From Chiloscyllium plagiosum (Eukaryota): a stretch of 20,000 nt of DNA. Under the pieces are notes generated by a model, which worked only from the letters and a program-made list of their open reading frames with translations, searched no databases and was not told where the DNA came from. Positions 11,372 through 20,000 of the stretch are shown piece after piece; the stretch's first letter is position 1, and every line of letters begins with the position of its first letter. Where the stretch lies: the NCBI RefSeq assembly GCF_004010195.1, contig NC_057720.1:33655843-33675842 (forward strand). The letters run 5' to 3'. The position numbers and the translations under genes are program-made.

Positions 11372-11566
11372 CAAAAAAGCATGAAAAAACTCGTATTTAC
11401 ATAATGTGTATAAATGACACGAAACATTTCACTTCAGAACTATTGAAGTACTTTAGAAGTACAGTCATTGTAATGCAGGAAACATGACAGCTGATTTGTG
11501 CACAGCAAAGTTTCACGAGCAGCAGTGAAATAAATGATCAAATATTCCGTTTGTCATGTTGGTTGC
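11372..11566 (-). mobile_element. SacSINE1/DeuSINE-like 3' half
   Basis: Reverse complement caaccaacatgac...gatcatttatttcactgctgctcgtgaaactttgctgtgcacaaatcagctgtcatgtttcctgcattacaatgactgtacttctaaagtacttcaatag; homologous to 18890-19060. Confidence 0.7.
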
Positions 11567-11690
11567 TATTTGAAGCTGAAGTGTCATTAATAGTTCATAG
11601 TAAGTATTTATGGCTGAGTTTCTTTTTATGTGGATTGTTACTTATAAGCACCTGGTCAGACCTATGTTAACAATTCATGGGCACAATGAC

Positions 11691-11937
11691 ATGACACAAC
11701 TTTCAGCTTTATTTCTTTATTTTTGACTTATTTCTAAGGTCTGCAATGTGTAACTTTTAATCTTATTTCATATATTTTATGCTGTGCTACAACTACTACA
11801 ATGTTTAACTTTTAACTTAGTTCTTTTTTTCTGCTTTGATCTTAAGATTCTGTATCTTGTACCTTGTGTACATTATACACTTCCCATTGTACTGTACTTT
11901 TGTACTTGAGTACATGTGGCAAATCAAATCAAACCAA
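11691..11937 (+). mobile_element. T-rich LINE 3' UTR fragment with (AAATC)n tail (Rex1/Babar-like, tentative)
   Basis: Ends cattgtactgtacttttgtacttgagtacatgtggcaaatcaaatcaaaccaaa, and is absent from the homologous site at 10078-10162. Confidence 0.5.
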
Positions 11938-12091
11938 ATGTTTTCAGTGCCACGGTGTATGTATTTGGACTATGAAATTATATATATTAAAAATGTAGGC
12001 ATTTGACTTAGTCATTTTTGAATTTGTGACTGATGATTTCCTCTAGCTTGGTACATTTATCTAACTTGAATATGTCCTTCATTCCAATAAT

Positions 12092-13316
12092 TTGTCTACA
12101 GGAGTAGTGCCAGAAGACTGGAGGATAGCAAATGTGGTTCCCTTGTTCAAAAAGGGGAGTAGGGATAACCCTAGTAACTATAGGCCGGTGAGTCTCACTT
12201 CTGTTGTGGGCAAAGTCTTAGAGAGAATTGTAAGGGATAGGATTTATGCACATCTGGATAGGAATAATGTGATCAAGGATAGTCAACATGGTTTTGTGAA
12301 GGGCAGGTCGTGCCTCACAAACCTTATTGAATTCTTTGAAAAGGTGACGAAGGAGGTTGATGAGGGGAAAGCGGTAGATGTGGTATATATGGATTTTAGT
12401 AAGGCGTTTGATAAGGTTCCCCATGGTAGACTACTGCAAAAAATACGGAGATATGGCATTGAGGATGAGTTGGAGGTTTGGATTAGGAATTGGCTGGATG
12501 GAAGAAGACAGAGGGTAGTAGTTGATGGCAAAGGTTCATCTTGGAGTGCAGTCACTAGTGGTGTTCCGCAAGGATCTGTTTTGGGACCATTGCTGTTTGT
12601 CATTTTTATAAATGACATGGAAGAGGGGTTAGAAGGTTGGGTAAGCAAGTTTGCGGATGATACGAAAGTCGAAGGAGTTGTCCACCCAGGTAAATAGTGC
12701 GGTGAGGAAGGCATATGGCGTACTGGCTTTTATTGGTAGAGGAATTGAGTTCCGGAGTCCTGAGGTCATGATGCAGTTGTATAAGACTCTGGTGCGGCCG
12801 CATCTGGAATATTGTGTGCAGTTTTGGTCGCCATACTATAGGAAGGATGTGGAGGCACTGGAACGGGTGCAGAGGAGGTTTACCAGGATGTTGCCTGGTA
12901 TGGAAGGAAGATCGTATGAGGAAAGACTGAGACACTTGGGGCTGTTTTCATTAGAGAAAAGAAGTTTTAGGGGTGACTTGATTGAGGTGTACAAGATGAT
13001 TAGGGGGTTAGATAGGGTTGACAGTGTGAACCTTTTCCCGCGTATGGAGTCGGGTATTACAAGGGGGCATAGCTTTAAATTAAGGGGGGTAGATATTGGA
13101 CTGAAGTTAGGGGTAGGTTCTTCACTCAGCGAGTCGTAAGTTCATGGAATGCCCTGCCAGTAGCAGTGGTGGACTCTCCCTCTTTATGGGCATTTAAGCG
13201 GGCATTGGATAGGTATATGGAGGATAGTGGGTTAGTATAGGTTAGGTGGGCTTGGATCGGCGCAACATCGAGGGCCAAAGGGCCTGTACTGCGCTGTATT
13301 CTTCTATGTTCTATGT
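12092..13316 (+). mobile_element. 5'-truncated CR1/HER1-type LINE (ORF2 RT and C-terminus, 3' UTR, (TTCTATG)n tail) with an internal deletion
   Basis: ORF 12092-12697: [78 protein letters not shown] to 13139: LYKTLVRPHLEYCVQFWSP, RGDLIEVYK, TRGH. 3' end GGGCCTGTACTGCGCTGTATTCTTCTATGTTCTATG. Confidence 0.97.
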
Positions 13317-13669
13317 AATTATAAATTAGTCTGTGAACCATTAGGAACCCATCATTAAGTTCCCTTCTAAAATTTAAGTTTGATTTTCTTCACTTTCTTT
13401 CACTTCTGTGGCACTTCTTGTGACTTTATGAAGAGTGCTATACAAAAATACCTTTTGCTTTTATAGCCCTTAGCCACAGTGTTACATAAAGTCCATTGTT
13501 ATCTGTCAGTCTTAATCATTGCAATTGAAGTTGACCCCATTCTCCAACATGGAAGGAGATGTGTAAGAAGCATTTTATTTTAGCTTTGTACCAGGGGTAA
13601 GAGCATCATGTGGAATCAGCAGGAAACCAGCGCAAGGACTCAGCATAGTTTTCGGTGGCAATGTGGTTT

Positions 13670-14435
13670 GCTATTAAAATGTTGATGCAAACTTGTGAGA
13701 TGGTGCACTTGGGCAGGACAAAACAAGACAAGGGAATGCGGAATGAATGGTTGACCCTGGGAAGCACCGGGAATCAGAGGGACTTTGGTGTCCCTGTCCA
13801 TCAGACTCTTAAGATAGCAGAATAGGTAGATAAACTGGTTAAGAAGGCATATGGGATACTTGTTTTTATTAGCTGAAGCATAGAATTTAGGAGCAGGGAG
13901 GTTGTGCTGGAACTGTTTAAAACGTTGGGTTAGGCCACAGCTAAGGTCTTGTGTGCAATTCAAGATAGCACAGGAGAGGGTGCAAAGGAGATGTACCAGG
14001 ATGTTGCATGGACTGGAGAGTTTCAGTTATGACGAGAGATTGGTTAGACTGTGGTTGTGTTCCTTGGACTAGAGGAGACGATGGTGGCAGTGGGGGAGCA
14101 GGGGTGCACTGTTGTGCTGTATAAAATTATTAGGGGCACAGATTGGGTAGACAGGAAGAAATTTCTCCCCTTGATGGAGGGACCAATAAGCAGAAGGCAG
14201 GAGATTTGGAGGGGATTGAGAAAAAAATTCAATCTGTGTGTGGCAGGATTCTGGAACTCACTATGGGTGATAAAGCCAGAATCCCTCACAATATCTAAGA
14301 AGGCTTTAGGTGCACACTTGTGATGTCACAGCATACAAGGGTATGGTCCACTGAAAACTGGGTTTAAATCAGTTAAATGTTTATTTTGGACTAGTGCCGG
14401 TGTGATGAGCTGAAAGGTCTTTTTCTATGACTGAT
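13670..14435 (+). mobile_element. Older decayed CR1-type LINE 3' fragment
   Basis: Remnants (K)CEMVHLGR, NQRDFGV, KKAYGIL.FIS, LFKTL.RPQL, ERVQRR.TRML, LYKIIRG.D.VDR, WNSL. 3' UTR-like tgatgagctgaaaggtctttttctatg. Confidence 0.85.
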
Positions 14436-14779
14436 AACACTGCATTTTTCATCTCAGTCCATGCACCTTTTCTAAATTGTAGATTTTGTTTAATCTGTGT
14501 GAAACATTGCTTTCGTTTCCTGTACATCTCAAAATTTTTGAGCATAGTACTTTACTTCCGACCTTGGAAGAAAATGATAAATGACGAGGAACAATCTCTG
14601 TTCGTAGTATAATTGTGGGAGGAGAAAAAAAAAGTCTTCTGATTTATGAGTTTTCCAGCAGCATATTAGAGGTTGGAGGACGGATGTATCATTTCTGTGA
14701 GAGTTTCAGATGCAGTACATTTCCTTGGCAGGATCTTCCAATCTTTCTCAAGTACCAAGTAAGCACCCATTCCTTCTCT

Positions 14780-14938
14780 GCCTGCATTCTTTCAAACCAA
14801 GAGGTGATTCATAACCTAGAACTCAAGCAACTCTAAATGGCAATACCTGACGTAGAGTCGTGGAGGACATGAGATGTTTGGGAGCTCCTGCCTTGCACTG
14901 GGAATGTATTCCATGGGGCTGAAGAATCCTACCATGCA
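14780..14938 (-). mobile_element. Very old CR1 ORF1 N-terminal remnant (tentative)
   Basis: Minus strand ATGGTAGGATTCTTCAGCCCCATGGAATAC...GAGCTCCC...AGGTATTGCCATTTAGAGTTGCTTGAG resembles the zinc-finger/leucine-zipper start of CR1 ORF1 (compare 15600-15750). Confidence 0.4.
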
Positions 14939-15184
14939 TTTTTTTTCTAGACTATTAACATGACGTATTTGCCAGTTACTAACCAATTGGCTCCTTCCCG
15001 GTTGTGATGTTACTCTGGCTGTTGTGAAAATGTTGCTTTTGTTGTTGGTGATTTTAATAGTCTCGCTCCCTGTTTTAACATCTCGATTTCTCTGTTCAGT
15101 CTTTACTCAGATCTGATGTCAAGACTGGGCTGCATCTCTGCCCACATTGACTCTTCAGTCACTGCACTCAGTTGCAGACTGAGC

Positions 15185-16060
15185 CACTAGCACGAGGCAC
15201 GGGCAACAAACCAGAGACAACAACTCTGTTCGTCCTTGCTCTAAGCTTCCATCGTAGCTCCCTGAATTTCTACCTTAAATCCCCATCTCTCTTCCTACCT
15301 ATGTCGTTGGTGCCTATGTGGACCACGACTTGGGGCTGCTCCCCCTCCCCCTTAAGGATCCCAAAAACACGATCAGAGACATCACGAACCCTGGCACCNN
15401 NNNNNNNNNNNNNNNNNNNNNNNNNNNNNNNNNNNNNNNNNNNNNNNNNNNNNNNNNNNNNNNNNNNNNNNNNNNNNNNNNNNNNNTCCCTGCACTGCCT
15501 GCCAGTTCCCTTTCCATCCCCTGACTGTAACCCATCTGCCTTTTTCTTGTATCTCCCTGTAACTCCTCTCAATAACCCCCTCTGCCTCCCAAATGATCCG
15601 AAGTTCATCCAGCTCTGGCTCCAGTTCCTAATGTGGTTTTTGAGGAGCTGGAATGGGGTGCACTTCCTGCAGATGTAGTCAGCAGGGACACTAGTGGTGA
15701 CCCCTACCTCCCACATTCTGCAGGAGGAACATTCAACTGCCCTAACATTCCCACTATTCTAAATTCCCAAAGAGACTGTTGAAAAAATAAGGAATAAAAA
15801 ATAAACTCGTTACTTTACCAATCTGGCGCACAGAACCTTTTTTTTGGTTAGAGGAGGATGGATGGGAGACACTATCCGAGTAGTGTTTCGGGTAACGCAA
15901 CCACACAAATATATGACTTCCCAGAAGTCCTTCGCTCCTCCCTCGCACCTCTCGGCAAATGGAGGCCCGACTCCCAAGGTAAGTCCCTTTTAATGCGGGA
16001 AAACTCAACGTTCCCAGCAGCCCTCGCTTCACCACTCCTTCTCTCCTTGCCGCTCTGGCA
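15185..16060 (-). mobile_element. CR1-type LINE 5' region: 5' UTR plus ORF1 (zinc finger and SGNH esterase), spanning gap 15399-15486
   Basis: Minus strand VECSSCRMWEVGVTTSVPADYICRKC, then PGARVRDVSDRVFGILKGEGEQPQVVVHIGTNDIGRKRD and VVVSGLLPVPRAS, which are CR1 ORF1 esterase motifs. GC-rich 5' UTR at 15850-16060. Confidence 0.9.
15399..15486. other. Assembly gap (N run)
   Basis: Run of N. Confidence 1.
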
Positions 16061-16061
16061 A

Positions 16062-16528
16062 AATGTTGCCAGGGTTGGAGGGTTTGACCTATAGGAAGAG
16101 GCTGAATAGGCTGGGGCTATTTTCCCTGGAGCCTCGGAATCTGAGGGGTGACCCTATAGAGGTTTATAAGATCATGAGGGTCATGGATTGGATAAATTGA
16201 CAAAGTCTTTTCCCTAGGGTGGGGCAGTCCAGAACTAGAGGGCATAGGTTTAGGGTGAGAGGGGAAAGATATCAAAGAGACCTATGGGGCAACCTTTTCA
16301 CACAGAGGGTGGTATGTGTATGGAATGAGCTGCCAGAGGAAGTGTTGATGATTGGTACAAGTACAACATTTAAAAGACATCTGGATGGGTACAGCATATG
16401 AACAGGAATGGTTGAGGGGATATGGCCAAGTTCTGGCAAATGGCTAGATTAATTTAGGATATCTGTGGTCGGTATGGATGAGTTGGGCCAATGGATCTGT
16501 TTCTGTGCTGCATATCTCTCTGACTCTA
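16062..16528 (+). mobile_element. CR1/HER1-type LINE 3' fragment
   Basis: MLPGLEGLTYRKRLNRLGLFSLE..LRGDPIEVYKIMR, SRTRGHRFRVRG, FTQRVVCVWNELPEEV, TFKRHLD. 3' end gttgggccaatggatctgtttctgtgctgcatatctctctgactcta. Confidence 0.93.
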
Positions 16529-16689
16529 AGTGTGAACTGACTGTAAACTTCCAATTTGTCTTTCTAGACACTAATTGATTTGCTTTATTTCAGTTCTAAA
16601 GATTCTAAACTATTTATCAGTTGCCTCTTCAGTTCCCTTTTATCTGTGTTTACATGTTGTTAAGGTCAGAATGAATTATACTGCATCAG

Positions 16690-16814
16690 GTTTTATTATC
16701 AGCAAAAGGAACACCACTTTTGATGACATCTACCAGACCATCCATGAAGATGAATATCACTATGTACAATTACCTGATAGTGAAGGACCTTGTGTTAATA
16801 TTGCAATAAGTTGA
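16690..16814 (+). CDS. Candidate terminal coding exon with an ITAM-consensus peptide (unconfirmed)
   Basis: Possible acceptors (catcag|g at 16689, or ttttattatcag| at 16702), then KRNTTFDDIYQTIHEDEYHYVQLPDSEGPCVNIAIS-stop in sequence not recognised as a repeat. Confidence 0.25.
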
Positions 16815-17294
16815 TAATTGCCCATTTATCACAGTCTTGTTTTGATATCCAATCTTTTTTGTTTGTCATTGTTTCATATAAAATAGTTGATCTGATTATT
16901 TAAAAATTGGTTTGAAACATGTATGCTGTTGTGTTTAGAAAGTTCTGTGAATTAGGCACTGACTTAACCTATCAAATAATGGCCACACATTTTCTAATTT
17001 TATCTTTGTTATGACTATCATTGGCACAGCTTTGGTTCAGTTAGCAACACACTTGCCTCTGAGTCCTTAGGTTATGGAGTCAACTTTCACTGCCTGCACC
17101 AGGTTGTTTTACTTGATGCATCAATGTTTATGTTCTCCCACACGGCATAAGAAACTAAGTGTGGATAATGCAGTATTGAAGGATCCAACAGAAGGTCATT
17201 ACAGCTGGCTATTAAATACAGGTATTACATTCACAGACACATATGAGCCTAGACTATTATTAAGCTATTAGGTTCCAACAGAAGATCATGCTCT

Positions 17295-17415
17295 TAATGG
17301 CATGCTGTGTTTTACCTGACTAGTTTGCAATGCAGAATGACGCCAGCAACATAGGTTCAATTCCTACCCTTGCTGAGGTCACCACGAAGGTCTCACTTTC
17401 TCAACCTTACCCCAA
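17295..17415 (+). mobile_element. tRNA-derived SINE head fragment
   Basis: tgcaatgcagaatgacgccagcaacataGGTTCAATTCCtacccttgctgaggtcaccacgaagg...ttctcaacct, with a B-box. Confidence 0.55.
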
Positions 17416-17430
17416 TCTGTAAACTAGCTA

Positions 17431-17512
17431 CCTGACAAAGGAGCAGCACTCTGAAAGATAGTGCTTCCAAATAAACCTGTTGGACGATAACCTGGTGCTG
17501 TATGATTTCAAA
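17431..17512 (+). mobile_element. Penelope-like terminal fragment with a degenerate hammerhead motif
   Basis: CCTGACAAAGGAGCAGCACTCTGAAAG...AAATAAACCTGTTGGACGATAACCTGGTG, homologous to 10166-10290 (-). Confidence 0.6.
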
Positions 17513-17529
17513 TTTGGACAATCTGAATG

Positions 17530-17678
17530 TGAGACCTACTGTGATATCCACCCCAGACTTTGGCACAAAGATAAAGGTTGATACACCAGCATACGATATT
17601 GAAAGAGCTTCGCATTATCGTAGGTGCCATCTTTCAGATGGACTTTCATCTGAGGACCTGTCTGTACTCTCAATTGGG
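17530..17678 (+). mobile_element. SacSINE1/DeuSINE-like SINE, left part
   Basis: ccagactttggcacaaagataaaggttgatacaccag...gtaggtgccatctttcagatg...gaggacctgtctgtactctca, similar to 6840-6920. Confidence 0.6.
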
Positions 17679-18551
17679 CGAAAGTGAGGACTGCAGATGC
17701 TGGAGATTAGAGTCAAGATTAGAATGGTCCTGGAAATGTGCAGCAGGTCAGGCAGCATCTGAGGAGCAGGAAAATCAACGTTTCGGGCAGGAGCCCTTCA
17801 TCAGGAATGAGGCTGGAAGCCTTGGGGGTGGAGAGATAACTTGGAGGGGGTGGGGTACGGAGAAGGTGGCTGGGAGTACAATAGGTGGATGGTGAAAGGG
17901 GTAAAGGTGATAGGTCGTAGAGGAGGGTGGAGAGGATAGGTGGAAGGAAGATTTATGGGTAGGACAGGTCATGAGCATAGTGTTGAACTGAAAGTTTGGA
18001 ACTGGGGTAAGGTGGAGGGAGGGGAAATGAGGAAACTGGTGAAGTTCAAATTGATGCTCTGGGGTTGAAGTGTTCCGAGGCAGAAGATGAGGCATTCTTC
18101 CTCCAGGCGTCGGGTGGTGAGGGAATGGCGGCAGTGGAGGCCCAGGACCTGCATGTCTGTGGGAAGGGGAGTCAAAATGTTTGGCCACGGGGGCAGTAGG
18201 GTTGATTGGTGCTGGTGTTATAGAGATGTTCCCTAAAACGCGCTGCGAGAAGGCATCCAGTCTCCCCAATGTAAAGGAGACTGCTTTGGGAGCAACGGAT
18301 GTAATAAATGACTTTTGTGGAAGTGCAAGTGAAACATTGATGGATGCGGAAGGTTCTTTTGGGGCCTTCAATGGAGGTGAGGGGGAGGTGTGGGTGCAGC
18401 TTTTGCAATTCCTGTGGTGGCAGGGGAGGGTGCCAGGACGGGAGGGTGGGTTGTTGGGGGGGGTGTGGACCTGACCAGGTAATCACAGAGGGAACGGTCT
18501 TTGCAGAAAGCAGATAAAGGTGGGGAGGGAAATATATCCCTGGTGGTGGGG
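17676..18551 (-). mobile_element. Penelope-like retroelement 3' part with GIY-YIG endonuclease remnant
   Basis: Minus ORF 18172-18486: HQCFTCTSTKVIYYIRCSQSSLLYIGETG..AARFREHL. Following frames give PVAKHFDSPSH and RRLEEECLIFCLGTLQPQSIN. Hammerhead core at 17776-17805. Confidence 0.92.
17776..17805 (-). ncRNA. Minimal hammerhead ribozyme motif (intact core)
   Basis: Minus strand CCUGAUGA-A-GGGC-UCCU-GCCC-GAAAC-GUU-G. Confidence 0.72.
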
Positions 18552-18866
18552 ATTTATTACATCTATTGCTCCAGATGCGGCCCCCTTTACATTGGGGAGA
18601 CTGGACACCTCGCAGAGCGCTTCAGGGAACATCTCCGTGACACCCGCACCAATCAACCCCACTGACCCGTGGCTGAACATTTCAACTCCCCCGCCACCCC
18701 TCCCCACTCTGTCAAGGACATGCAGGTCCTGGGCCGCCTCCACCACCTGACGCCTGGAGGAGGAACGCCTCATCTCGCTTCGGAACATTCAACCCCAGGG
18801 CATCAATGTGGACTTCACCAGTTTCTTCTTTTCCCCTTACCCCCCCCCCCCAAATTACCCCAGTTT
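18552..18866 (+). mobile_element. Inverted Penelope GIY-YIG segment
   Basis: atttattacatctattgctccagatgc...tacattggggagactgga...gtggctgaacatttcaactcc (IYYIYCSRC..YIGETG..RFREHL..VAEHFNS) is a reverse-complement homolog of about 17999-18309. Confidence 0.9.
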
Positions 18867-18879
18867 AGGGTATGACTTT

Positions 18880-19070
18880 CACCTCAGAGTCTTGCCAGAT
18901 ATTTATCCCTTGATTAACATCTCAAAAGGGTATTAACAGGTCATTATCACATTGCTGTTTATAGGGCATGTGTATGTACAAATTTCCTGCTGTCTTTCTA
19001 TTAGATGAAAATTCCACAATGGCTGGAAGGTGTTTTAGAATGTTCTTGAAATAAAAGTATTTTTTTAAAA
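18880..19070 (+). mobile_element. SacSINE1/DeuSINE-like SINE, right part
   Basis: gatatttatcccttgattaacatc...caggtcattatcacattgctgttt...tacaaatttcctgctgtctttcta...aatggctggaaggtgttttagaatgttcttga. Confidence 0.65.
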
Positions 19071-19321
19071 CAATAAATCTTTAATATTTGAGATCATACA
19101 CAGATCTTTTTAAGTGCATGCATGTAGGACAGAAAATTATTTGAATTCAATGGATGGAGAAGAAAAAAATGATTATGTTTGGCAAGGTGTTGTGATTTAT
19201 TAAGGTTTCTGAGAGGTTCAGTACGAAAAGGACATTAGTGGCATACCTTCTCACTGTTTTATTCTTGCTGAAACAAACAACTTACTTTCATATAGAAATC
19301 TTTTATGCATTAAACATAGTA

Positions 19322-19642
19322 AGTATTTTATAAAACGAGAAAGCTCAGTTATTGAGCCCATAGATGGGGCCTTAGTTTTGAATTTTCAAAGGAGCTAAGA
19401 ATGCCCTCAAGCCTTGTATAACTGACATTTATTTGCCAAAGAGGTAAAAACAATGACTGCAGATGCTGGAAACCAGATTCTGAGTATTTTATAAACGAGA
19501 AAGCTCAGTTATTGAGCCCAGGGATGGGGCCTTAGTTTTGAATTTTCAAAGGAGCTAAGAATGCCCTCAAGCCTTGTATAACTGACATTTATTTGCCAAA
19601 GAGGTAAAAACAATGACTGCAGATGCTGGAAACCAGATTCTG
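19322..19642 (+). repeat. Near-perfect tandem duplication (161 bp + 160 bp)
   Basis: Copies at 19322-19482 and 19483-19642 differ only by a 1-bp A indel and TA versus GG. Confidence 0.95.
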
Positions 19643-20000
19643 AATTAGTGGTGCTGGAAGAGCACAGCAGTTCAGGCAGCATCCAAGGAGCTTCGAAATC
19701 GACGTTTCGGGTAAAAGCCCTTCATCAGGAATAAAGGCAGTGAGCCTGAAGCATGAAGAGATAAGCTACAGGAGGGTAGGGGTGGGGAGAAAGTAGCATA
19801 GAGTACAATGGGTGAGTGGGGGAGGGGATGAATGTGATAGGTCAGGGAGGAGAGGGTGGAGTGGATAGGTGGAAAAGGAGATAGGCAGGTAGGACAAGTC
19901 CAGTCACGACATGTTTGAAGAGCTTCAGGGCAGAGGAAATGACCTGGGAGTTGCAGTGGGAGAGGGACTCCCTGAGATTCTTGTAGAGAGAGGAGGAAAA
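19603..20000 (-). mobile_element. Penelope-like retroelement 3' part (runs off the window)
   Basis: Same terminus as 8169-8314. Hammerhead core at 19700-19729. Purine-rich segment homologous to 17810-17970. Confidence 0.88.
19700..19729 (-). ncRNA. Minimal hammerhead ribozyme motif
   Basis: Minus strand CCUGAUGA-A-GGGC-UUUU-ACCC-GAAAC-GUC-G, with one loop-proximal stem II mismatch. Confidence 0.68.

Noticed and set aside
12218..12935. Minus-strand ORFs of 68-143 aa
   Set aside because: Antisense shadows of CR1 ORF2.
12092..13139. RT ORFs as a functional gene or retron/defence-type RT
   Set aside because: They show typical CR1 LINE motifs with 5' truncation, an internal deletion, frameshifts and a LINE tail, in a eukaryotic context.
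14710..14763. Possible micro-exon tttcag|ATGCAG…ACCAA|gtaagc
   Set aside because: The polypyrimidine tract is weak, the peptide is uninformative, and it lies beside a probable decayed CR1 ORF1 remnant.
19322..19642. CRISPR-like or satellite array
   Set aside because: Only two full-length units, with no repeat-spacer structure and no cas genes.

Overview
This is a eukaryotic, AT-rich, repeat-dense non-coding window (intronic or intergenic) with two assembly gaps (8315-8781, 15399-15486). The repeat set points to a cartilaginous fish, most likely a shark; this is an inference from recalled family sequences, not a database search. The set includes an HE1 V-SINE, SacSINE1/DeuSINE-like SINEs, several CR1/HER1-type LINE fragments and Penelope-like GIY-YIG retroelements. 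No intact host gene is demonstrable, and the protein-like ORFs are mostly retroelement remnants. The most notable signals are: (i) minimal hammerhead-ribozyme cores (CUGANGA-stem II-GAAAC) at the ends of Penelope-like elements from about three families, including a 114-bp ribozyme-only insertion with a perfect 14-bp target-site duplication; (ii) a Penelope element with an inverted GIY-YIG arm that splits a DeuSINE; (iii) a 160-bp tandem duplication spanning a Penelope junction; (iv) several nested insertions; and (v) a candidate terminal exon encoding an ITAM-consensus peptide.
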